Below are positions 8,727 through 15,614 of a DNA stretch of 24,000 bases, piece by piece. Where the stretch lies: contig CP191473.1 in assembly GCA_050507695.1 (NCBI GenBank), positions 3,307,888 to 3,331,887 of the forward strand, in the 5' to 3' direction. The notes under the pieces are model-generated. The model saw nothing but the letters and a program-made list of their open reading frames with translations. It had not been told where the DNA came from and made no database searches. Position 1 is the stretch's first letter, and each line of letters starts with the position of its first letter. A program made the translations under genes and the position numbers. This DNA is from Salmonella enterica. Its GTDB lineage: Bacteria; Pseudomonadota; Gammaproteobacteria; Enterobacterales; Enterobacteriaceae.

Positions 8727-9707
8727 TTAAAGCGACAGTGCTATCACTGCATCGCCGGAGTGCAAATATTTTTTAGCGTATATGGGTAACGTTTGACAGC
8801 CTCTGCTATTCGTAACGATAACAGGTATTGCTGTATCATATCCAGCCAGTTTGACATTCGCCAGATCGAATGTCAGCAGCAACTCTCCTTTTTTGACGGC
8901 ATCCCCCTCCTTGACCTTCATCTGAAAATATCGACCATCGAGCTGAACGGTATTAATTCCTACATGAATTAAGATGCTGGTTCCAGCTTCTGAGATAATG
9001 CCAATGGCATGACCGCTGGCAAAAGTACTGACAATATGCCCATCTACCGGTGAATATATTCGTCCTTCATCTGGTAAAATGGCAAAACCTGGCCCAACAA
9101 TGCCTGTCGAAAAAACATTATCATCAACATCCATAAGCGGGATTAATGTTCCGGTAGCCGGCGCAGCAATCTGCTCAGGTGGAATGAAGGCTTTCTTTGG
9201 CATTGTTGATTTGAGAGCCAACTCGTTGTTATCCCCTGGTGTGGGCACAGTATGAGCCTTCAGTATGAACGGTTCATCAAATCCAGCAATCAATGCCAGA
9301 ACCAGGCTGCCAATAAATGCGAAGGTACAGCCAAGAGTAAAACCAATGAAAATTTCGCCAAAGAAGATAGGCAGCGCCAGAACTCCGTACATCACCAGCG
9401 TAATTACTGCACGTTTCGTCTTTGAATAGGACATCTGTACATGCGTGGTTAACCCTGTATTGTCTTCGTTCAACGTAGTCAACGCAGCGAAAATTTCCGC
9501 TACACGATCTCCAGGCACTACCTGTAAAACGCCTGCATGGTTAAAAACGGCAATCACCCCATCCAGCGCTTTTAGCCTTGTCAGATTAACTTTTTGATTG
9601 TCAATAATGTCGAAGCGTAGCCGTGTTGCACAGTGCTGTAATGCTGCGACATTGTGTTTTCCCCCCAGCAGCTTAAAAATATCCTCTGCCAGCGCTTTAT
9701 CATTCAT
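8727..9707 (-). CDS. PTS glucose/beta-glucoside-family protein with EIIB and EIIA domains joined by about two TM helices; no EIIC domain
   Basis: The N-terminus LLGGKHNVAALQHCATRLRF carries the EIIB Cys motif. The middle segment VITLVMYGVLALPIFFGEIFIGFTLGCTFAFIGSLVLALIAG is hydrophobic. The C-terminus DNVFSTGIVGPGFAILP...GHAIGI...ILIHVGINTVQLDG is EIIA-Glc type with both His residues. At 326 aa it is far shorter than the about 625-aa BglF. Confidence 0.8.
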   Translation of the reverse strand: MNDKALAEDIFKLLGGKHNVAALQHCATRLRFDIIDNQKVNLTRLKALDGVIAVFNHAGVLQVVPGDRVAEIFAALTTLNEDNTGLTTHVQMSYSKTKRAVITLVMYGVLALPIFFGEIFIGFTLGCTFAFIGSLVLALIAGFDEPFILKAHTVPTPGDNNELALKSTMPKKAFIPPEQIAAPATGTLIPLMDVDDNVFSTGIVGPGFAILPDEGRIYSPVDGHIVSTFASGHAIGIISEAGTSILIHVGINTVQLDGRYFQMKVKEGDAVKKGELLLTFDLANVKLAGYDTAIPVIVTNSRGCQTLPIYAKKYLHSGDAVIALSL

Positions 9708-9764
9708 TGTGATAACGTCCGAAAATATCTTTTAAGACACTCGCGCCAGTCACTTATCATCTGT

Positions 9765-10592
9765 TTAGCCACGCAACCGATTAATATGGATAGTCAAAAA
9801 CATTATTTCATCCGTGGTTAACTGACATTGATAATTTTTAACCACATAGTCGTCGATTTTCACTGCGCAAGAGTATGCGCGTGGCATTAACTGGATAATT
9901 CCTTGATAGATGCTGTCGTCACCCTGGGTAATTACTTTTCGATTGAGTAAACGCAGGGCGAAAAATTTCAGATGGGTAATGAAACGCTGATAATCCAAAG
10001 ACTCTTCGTTAAAAGTGATATGAAGATCATATTTGAGGATCGTTAATACATCTTTAATTATCGTAGCACTCTGCATAATAGTATGCATATCACTATTGTT
10101 TTTGGCGTTTGCCAGATGCAGGGCGATAAATCCGGCCTCATCCTCGGGCAAACTGATATTGAGCTTTCTTTTAATTAACGCCAACGCTTCCAGACCGACG
10201 GCAAACTCTTGCGCATAGAAACGCTTTATATCCCAGAGCAAAAAATTTTTTATTACCAGACCATTTAGTTGACGCTGCAGAGCAAAATTAATATGGTCAC
10301 TCAAGGCCAAAAAGAGCGTATCTTGCACGGTTATGGCCAGTCGCTGCTGCGCCAGGGCAATAATTTGCTGCGTAACAGCTAAATAGGGAGCGGGTATTTC
10401 TGCCAAAAGCTGTGCTAAAACATCAGCCAGCCCTTCGCTTTTTTTAACAAATGTGCTCTCAATCTGGCTATCATCAATTCTGTCACCTGTTTTTTTACCA
10501 AAACCGATCCCCCGCCCAATTGCCACGATCTCTTCTTGCTTCGCGGTCGTAAGCAGGACAGCGTTATTGCTGAGTATTTTTTCTACTTTCAT
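9765..10592 (-). CDS. BglG/LicT/SacY-family transcription antiterminator (CAT domain + two PRDs)
   Basis: 275 aa. MKVEKILSNNAVLL......IVAIGRGIGFGKK.GD.ID is the CAT RNA-binding domain, and PRD His contexts are present (FIALHLANA, MFLTIHINR). GAAGG lies upstream of the ATG. Confidence 0.9.
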   Translation of the reverse strand: MKVEKILSNNAVLLTTAKQEEIVAIGRGIGFGKKTGDRIDDSQIESTFVKKSEGLADVLAQLLAEIPAPYLAVTQQIIALAQQRLAITVQDTLFLALSDHINFALQRQLNGLVIKNFLLWDIKRFYAQEFAVGLEALALIKRKLNISLPEDEAGFIALHLANAKNNSDMHTIMQSATIIKDVLTILKYDLHITFNEESLDYQRFITHLKFFALRLLNRKVITQGDDSIYQGIIQLMPRAYSCAVKIDDYVVKNYQCQLTTDEIMFLTIHINRLRG

Positions 10593-10691
10593 TTCAGCCT
10601 TCTCGCCCTGTGTCCCTTGCCCCAGGTTCTGAAATTCACATACATCAGCGATTACAGAACGTCATCCCACAGATCCATCTTCAGAAAAGAT

Positions 10692-10747
10692 GTAAAAAAA
10701 AACCCGATTCCATTAAATCAGCAAGCGCTTTTTAATAGAATCAGGTT
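10692..10747 (-). terminator. Strong intrinsic terminator in the leader of the antiterminator gene
   Basis: On the minus strand AACCTGATTCTATTAAA pairs with TTTAATGGAATCGGGTT, a 17-bp stem with two G.U pairs and a 13-nt loop. A T9 run follows. It lies about 100 nt upstream of the ATG at 10592. Confidence 0.75.
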
Positions 10748-10775
10748 TCGCTCAGTCCTTTCCTGATGACGTCCC
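10741..10775 (-). promoter_or_regulatory. RAT-like (ribonucleic antiterminator) element overlapping the 5' arm of the terminator
   Basis: The minus strand reads GGGACGTCATCAGGAAAGGACTGAGCGAAACCTGA. Its 3' part GCGAAACCTGA matches the bgl/sac RAT 3' consensus GCAAAACCTGA at 10 of 11 positions and shares AACCTGA with the terminator stem. Confidence 0.55.
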
Positions 10776-10883
10776 TTTATAACTCTTATATCTAATCAAT
10801 CACCATTGCTCAACCCCTCAGGATTAGAAATGTGATGATTATCATAACAGCCACATAATGTTTGGTATATAAAGCCCCCTTTT

Positions 10884-11291
10884 TCACTCAAAAAATAATG
10901 GGCAGCTGCGGTCGATTGATTGACACTCCCCAGAATAAAGCAGGCATTGTTTACAAGTCTGTACCAACGCCCATCCCTGAACAAGGGTTAATAATGGCCC
11001 GGTATTAAACTCTGGCAAACAATCATCAATATAAAGATAATAAGCATCAATCACCCGCTTAATGTCATTTAACTCGTTCTTTTCTCTCAATAATTGCCAG
11101 ATGGTACAAAAGTAACGAGCGTGTAATCTGTTCTGCTTATCCAAAAACCACTCGTTGGTAAATGGATACACTTTTCTTTTATTGTTTGCTGTTTTTCCTT
11201 GTTCAGCAATGAGCTGCACGCGAGCATCATTACTCACCAGGAATAGTGCCAACGAAATTTTTTGCATTTCAACATATAGATAATTATTCAT
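10884..11291 (-). CDS. FlhC-family transcriptional regulator-like protein, probably frameshifted (C-terminal continuation in the 10796..10984 frame)
   Basis: YPFTNEWFLDKQNRLHARYFCTIWQLL...VIDAYYLYIDDC...GPLLTLVQGWALV parallels E. coli FlhC [27 protein letters not shown]...VIKAYRLYLEQC...GPLLALTRAWTLV. The stop falls right after the T6-A5-G5 homopolymer cluster. The adjacent frame supplies ...LCGC.... Confidence 0.6.
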   Translation of the reverse strand: MNNYLYVEMQKISLALFLVSNDARVQLIAEQGKTANNKRKVYPFTNEWFLDKQNRLHARYFCTIWQLLREKNELNDIKRVIDAYYLYIDDCLPEFNTGPLLTLVQGWALVQTCKQCLLYSGECQSIDRSCPLFFE

Positions 11292-11449
11292 TATAACAGA
11301 GATAAAAAGACATTAACTATTTAAGGTTATTTAGTTAATCATACATATTAAATATAACTTTTCCAGACATATTTCACTTCACTTAAAAAAATTATATAAC
11401 TCACAAAAAAACATATGCCATGTTAGTCTTAATGACTTCTTAATAAACA

Positions 11450-11467
11450 GATAAATGATCATTTATC
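11450..11467. promoter_or_regulatory. Perfect 18-bp palindrome GATAAATGATCATTTATC in an AT-rich intergenic region
   Basis: Exact dyad symmetry, read directly. Each arm, GATAAAT, resembles the H-NS high-affinity motif TCGATAAATT. The whole element loosely resembles a Fur box. It lies about 160 bp upstream of the FlhC-like start. Confidence 0.35.
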
Positions 11468-11584
11468 AGACAACTATTGATGCAAAAAACAGCAACAGTA
11501 AAAACCAGCATAAATATTATTTAAAGTAGCAGTTTAAACTATATCATTACTACATCACATATTCGTTGTTGCACAGAAAATTTA

Positions 11585-11992
11585 TTATTTAAAATAGCCG
11601 AGCTCCTTACAAACTTTAATCGCCGCAAAGACCCCCGCATCATCACTATTAAACGCGATAACTTGTGCGTGGATATGATTATTTTTATTCATCAGCATAA
11701 CCAGAAAAGGTGTAAAACCGGCATACGCACCATAGGAATTTTTCCCATTAACATAGCCGCAATATTCGCCTTTACCATTTGCAATATATTTCGAATGCCG
11801 AAATTCCGCACTAGCGGGGTCTTTTAGTTTTTCTTTTATAGACTTTTCTATTGCTGCTTGTTCATCAAAAGAGAGGACGCGCCACTGCGCTGGCTGCATC
11901 GGGGTTATTGCCATATCTGATTGTTTATGGGATGCAGCCAAAACCGGTCCCGCCATCAACAGTACAGCCAGAACGATAAATATCTTTTTCAT
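11585..11992 (-). CDS. Hypothetical secreted protein with a signal peptide
   Basis: 135-aa ORF. MKKIFIVLAVLLMAGPVLAAS is a typical Sec signal ending in an AxA-like cleavage site. No family was recognised. AT-rich spacers of about 300 bp and 250 bp flank it. Confidence 0.6.
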   Translation of the reverse strand: MKKIFIVLAVLLMAGPVLAASHKQSDMAITPMQPAQWRVLSFDEQAAIEKSIKEKLKDPASAEFRHSKYIANGKGEYCGYVNGKNSYGAYAGFTPFLVMLMNKNNHIHAQVIAFNSDDAGVFAAIKVCKELGYFK

Positions 11993-12180
11993 ATCCTTGT
12001 CTCATTATCCATTTATACTGCTGAGGCAATAGTAACAGGTATTTATTTTAGAAAAAACGTATAAACAAAATAATTTAACTTATACAAAATATGAATGTTT
12101 TAATTAAAAAATATAAAAACAAATAGTTCAACATTCACTGAGTGGATATTGAGTTACTTTTGAATAAAAATATATGAAGT

Positions 12181-12238
12181 AAAAAATTAACCCTCCAGGA
12201 TTGAATAATACACTTCATTTTATTGTTCAACGCTGGAG
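12181..12238 (-). terminator. Probable intrinsic terminator of the phospholipid operon
   Basis: On the minus strand CTCCAG...CTGGAG form the outer stem with inner AT pairing (AATAA/TTATT). GGTTAATTTTTT follows. Confidence 0.5.
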
Positions 12239-12247
12239 CAGGATCGT

Positions 12248-12394
12248 CTACGGGGTCAGTGCAGAATGCAATAACAGTTTGACCTTAACGACCGCAGAAG
12301 CCAGCATCATCCCCAGAATTTTAGGGGCATAGTCATGGATCCAGGTAGAGACCAGTTCATCGACAATGTGCTGCAGACGCCCGTCCTGACTCAT
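12248..12394 (-). CDS. 48-codon ORF translationally coupled to the acyltransferase gene (hypothetical small protein)
   Basis: Hand-translated as MSQDGRLQHIVDELVSTWIHDYAPKILGMMLASAVVKVKLLLHSALTP. Its ATG overlaps the upstream TGA (ATGA at 12391-12394). It is below the 60-aa cutoff of the ORF track. Confidence 0.35.
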   Translation of the reverse strand: MSQDGRLQHIVDELVSTWIHDYAPKILGMMLASAVVKVKLLLHSALTP

Positions 12395-13023
12395 GTAACT
12401 TTCCTTGTCGCCTGCTGTTGTAATGTGACGAAACGAGTGAGTAACGATTGCTTAAAGGTGACTTTGTCCGCGTCATAAAACAGCGGTTCGTCGATAAATA
12501 TGTCGATAAAAAACGGCACGGGGATTTTCTGCCCTTTGCCCATGGAACGGTCCAGGCCGTGCATATAGACAGGAATAATCGGCACCTCCGGGCACTGCAG
12601 GCTCAAATGCCAGATGCCGGATTTGATCTCTGAAAATTTCCCCGGCTCACCGCGCGTGCCTTCGGGAAAAATAATCACAATTTTCTTTGCTGCCAGCGCA
12701 TCGGCGCAGGCCTGTAACGGATTTGCCTGATAGGCTCCGCGATAAACAGGAATGATGCCGATGACCTTCAGGGCGAACCAGCTAATCACTTTGTTTCGCA
12801 GGAAATAGTCTGCCGCCGCCACGGGCTGCACATTCACCAGAGTTGAAAGTGGAAACAGCGTGAACAGCGTCAGCACATCCAGATGGCTGTTGTGGTTCGC
12901 GACGATAATAGCCGGGCCTTCCACTGGCAGCTTTTTGCGGCCGGACACACGAACGCCCAGCCAAATCCAGACCACGGGGTACGCGATGCACAGCATAAAG
13001 ATCCAGCGCAGAAAACGGTTCAT
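12391..13023 (-). CDS. 1-acyl-sn-glycerol-3-phosphate (lysophospholipid) acyltransferase, PlsC family
   Basis: 210 aa with an N-terminal TM. The acyltransferase motifs NHNSHLD (HX4D) and IFPEGTRG are present. The start lies 9 nt after the upstream stop. Confidence 0.85.
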   Translation of the reverse strand: MNRFLRWIFMLCIAYPVVWIWLGVRVSGRKKLPVEGPAIIVANHNSHLDVLTLFTLFPLSTLVNVQPVAAADYFLRNKVISWFALKVIGIIPVYRGAYQANPLQACADALAAKKIVIIFPEGTRGEPGKFSEIKSGIWHLSLQCPEVPIIPVYMHGLDRSMGKGQKIPVPFFIDIFIDEPLFYDADKVTFKQSLLTRFVTLQQQATRKVT

Positions 13024-13032
13024 CTGCGCCCC

Positions 13033-13962
13033 TTATATATAGAAGTAGTAATAGAAGTGGAAAAACAGTGGCGCGGTGTAAATCAGCGAATCCAGACGGT
13101 CAAGAATACCGCCGTGCCCCGGCAGTAGTTTCCCGGAGTCTTTCACGCCAAAATCTCGTTTGATTGCCGACATCACCACATCGCCACAGAACCCGCTCAG
13201 GCCGATAATCACCCCAGCTTCCAGCGAATGTTTCCAGTTCATCGGCGTCAGAAGCGGACCGAAAATAGCCGCCAGCAGCGTGGTGGTCAGCACACCCCCC
13301 AGCAATCCGGCCAGCGTTTTATTCGGGCTGACCTTCGGCGTGACCTTAATTTTGCCCAGCGATTTCCCCCACAGATATTGGGAAATATCGTTAAGCTCGG
13401 TGGTCGCCACCAGGAATATCACCAGCAGTGCACCTGCTTTGATATCCACGCCTGGTAGCATCATCAGGAATGCGACATGGCTTAAAGCAAAGACCGTAGT
13501 CATCATGCCCCAGTGCATGACGGATGCAGAGTGTAAAAAACCTTTTGTATCGCCAACGAGCACCATGCGGGCGGGCAGGAATAAAAAGACGTAAATCGGG
13601 ATGAAGATAATAAACATGCCGTACCACGCCATCCCCACCCAGATATATTGCAGCGGGATAGCGGCGTACATCCACAGCAATGGCACGCTGTCGGAGCGGC
13701 GAGTCGGCGCCAGCGTCAGATATTCCTTCAGTGACAGGAAGCTGAGAAATCCGAAGAAGGTAAGTGCCAGCCCTTTGGGTGAAAGCATCGCCAGCGAAAA
13801 TAAGCCAACGATAACCCACCAGCTATTGATCCGTTGCTGCAGCTCAAGCCAGTCACGCTGCGGGCGGAACTTTTTTAGAACGAAGATGATAACGGTCGCC
13901 AGCACTAAAACGCTGAAGATCCCGCTGAGGCAGTAATACAAAGTGCGCAGAGAATCAGGCAT
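13033..13962 (-). CDS. Phosphatidate cytidylyltransferase (CDP-diglyceride synthase), CdsA/YnbB-like
   Basis: The C-terminal signature SAIKRDFGVKDSGKLLPGHGGILDRLDS is present in a polytopic protein. I prefer the ATG at 13962, which has GGAGG 7 nt upstream and overlaps the upstream gene end by 8 nt, over the track start at 14049. Confidence 0.85.
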   Translation of the reverse strand: MPDSLRTLYYCLSGIFSVLVLATVIIFVLKKFRPQRDWLELQQRINSWWVIVGLFSLAMLSPKGLALTFFGFLSFLSLKEYLTLAPTRRSDSVPLLWMYAAIPLQYIWVGMAWYGMFIIFIPIYVFLFLPARMVLVGDTKGFLHSASVMHWGMMTTVFALSHVAFLMMLPGVDIKAGALLVIFLVATTELNDISQYLWGKSLGKIKVTPKVSPNKTLAGLLGGVLTTTLLAAIFGPLLTPMNWKHSLEAGVIIGLSGFCGDVVMSAIKRDFGVKDSGKLLPGHGGILDRLDSLIYTAPLFFHFYYYFYI

Positions 13963-14557
13963 TCTTGACCTCCAGCGCGCTACGGCAGCGGTTGATTGAG
14001 GTCCAGGCCAACGGCCCTGCCAAAGCACCAAAGACGATATTGGCAACAATGGGGTATTGCGGCCAAAGCGCGATAAAAAAACCTAAAGCCCCCAGAACAA
14101 AGGCACGGTCACTTTTGCCCATCGGGCCACGATAATTTCGGCTACCCGTCAGCGTCTGGGCGATGACGCCGCAAAACTCTGTCAGCCACGACAGTAGTAC
14201 CACCAGCACAACCAGCCACGGAGAAACTCCGGTCAAAAAAGCAAACGCGAGATAGAGCGCGGCATCAGCGATAATGTCGCCGACCTCATTGAGAATCGCT
14301 CCAGGCACGGATTGCTGGTTAAACTCCCGCGCTAACATGCCGTCGATAGCATTCAGCGCCATACGGAACAATAAGAAGACCGGAAGTGAGATAAAAAACA
14401 GAGGATTCGGGAAACACATCAGCACGCCGCCGAGCAGAACCGAGGCCAGCATTGCCAATAGTGTTACCTGGTTTGCCGTCGCCCCCATGACATGCAGTCT
14501 GACGACGGTGGGTCGAAGTAAATTCTGAAACTGAGGTTTGATATCATACAACGTCAC
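13955..14557 (-). CDS. CDP-alcohol phosphatidyltransferase family protein (YnbA-like)
   Basis: 200 aa with a GTG start and AGGAG upstream. It carries the motif DGMLAREFNQQSVPGAILNEVGDIIAD (DGx2ARx8Gx3Dx3D). The N-terminus MTLYDIKPQFQNLLRP resembles E. coli YnbA as I recall it. Confidence 0.85.
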   Translation of the reverse strand: MTLYDIKPQFQNLLRPTVVRLHVMGATANQVTLLAMLASVLLGGVLMCFPNPLFFISLPVFLLFRMALNAIDGMLAREFNQQSVPGAILNEVGDIIADAALYLAFAFLTGVSPWLVVLVVLLSWLTEFCGVIAQTLTGSRNYRGPMGKSDRAFVLGALGFFIALWPQYPIVANIVFGALAGPLAWTSINRCRSALEVKNA

Positions 14558-14589
14558 GTTATGGCTCCTGCCTTCTGTTTGACGGTTTT

Positions 14590-15042
14590 CTATTTCAATG
14601 GCCCAACCACCGCCACAAACTGCGCATTTTCATCCATCGGGATATCGAGGTTGACCGTCTGACCGGGGTTAACCATTACAGCGCATAGCGATTCCAACCC
14701 ACCATCAAACAGACCGGATGGGTGGCGGTATTTCCTGCCACCACACGGAGACATCGGTATCCGGTTGGGTCATTACTGCCTCATCCAGAAATACACAATG
14801 TGCAAATTTAATTTCATCGGCAAAAGTATTAGGCGCACCAATGCATGGTGTTTTTGCTGAACTTGCCCGCTCATTTTTTCACAGTGTTGATAAGGGCTAT
14901 ATCGACAATCACACCGGGAATATTCCTGATGGCTAAAGTCAGGAGCCATGTCCCCGAAATATATTATCGCTGGATGCAGGTGTGATAGCTTTTGCCTGAA
15001 TATCCGTCCCGGAATGCGTTGAAGGCACGTTGTTATATCCAT
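14590..15042 (-). pseudogene. Decayed gene remnant spread over three frames; possibly a TssJ/SciN-like small beta-sandwich lipoprotein
   Basis: Colinear fragments appear in different frames: ...TDIQAKAITPASSDNIFRGHGS, IPGVIVDIALINTVKK, FADEIKFAHCVFLDEAV and LCAVMVNPGQTVNLDIPMDENAQFVAVVGPLK*. The last one fits the L.PG....L......A.FVGVVA pattern of T6SS TssJ C-termini. No signal peptide or lipobox is left. Confidence 0.3.
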
Positions 15043-15394
15043 GATTAGAATAATAATTATTGTCTACAATGGTATTGGTGTGCGATACGACAGGCAATGA
15101 AACGGGTGTTACAAAGTGTAACCAAGAAGATATTTCACTCTCACAAACCTTGCCACATGCTGAATTGGAATTAATCTAAAAATATCCAAAACGTCTATTC
15201 AATAATTTATTATTTTATTCAGGCACTAAAAACATTCACACAAAAAATATATAGCCATAAATCATTGCCAAAAAAATTTATAACATCCAGCCAAAACGTA
15301 AGCATTAATTCCCAACCACAACAACTGTGCATGTATGGAGAAAGTCTGACCCGCAACGGGTAATTCAGATGCTTCAGAGCCGTTGATAATATTA

Positions 15395-15614
15395 TGTAGA
15401 TTCAATTGGTCAACGCAACAGTCATGTGAAAACATCTGGTTGCGAAAAATTTTTGGATGAGACGGAAATTTACAGCAAAGGAAAAAGCATTTGTTTTTGA
15501 ACTGTGGAAGAACGGAACAAGCTTCAGTGAGATAGCTAATATCCTGGTTCGAAATCAGGAACTATCTTCCCTATGTTAAGAGATACTGGCAGAATAAATC
15601 CCAATGAACGCGAG
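15395..15614 (+). mobile_element. IS30-family remnant: left terminal inverted repeat plus a frameshifted, 3'-truncated transposase N-terminus
   Basis: TGTAGATTCAATTGGTCAACGCAACAG at 15395 matches the IS30 IRL as I recall it. The ATG at 15457 gives MRRKFTAKEKAFVFELWKNGTSFSEIANIL, against IS30 MRRTFTAEEKASVFELWKNGTGFSEIANILGSKPGTIFTMLRD. After a 1-nt shift the reading continues GSKSGTIFPMLRDTGRINPNER and then homology stops. Confidence 0.75.

Noticed and set aside
13160-13936. ORFs 13160..13594 (+), 13228..13458 (+), 13391..13819 (-) and 13601..13936 (+) inside the CdsA-like gene
   Set aside because: They overlap a gene that carries the unmistakable CdsA signature. They are alternative-frame or antisense artefacts of a GC-balanced membrane-protein gene.
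13963-14049. The 29-codon N-terminal extension of the CdsA-like ORF (track start at 14049)
   Set aside because: The extension would overlap the upstream phosphatidyltransferase gene by 95 nt and has no RBS. The ATG at 13962 has a GGAGG SD and gives the classic short coupling overlap.
15108-15122. Short inverted repeat GTTACAaagTGTAAC in the AT-rich spacer left of the IS30 stump
   Set aside because: The arms are only 6 bp and occur in AT-rich DNA where such dyads arise by chance. No adjacent gene start gives it context.
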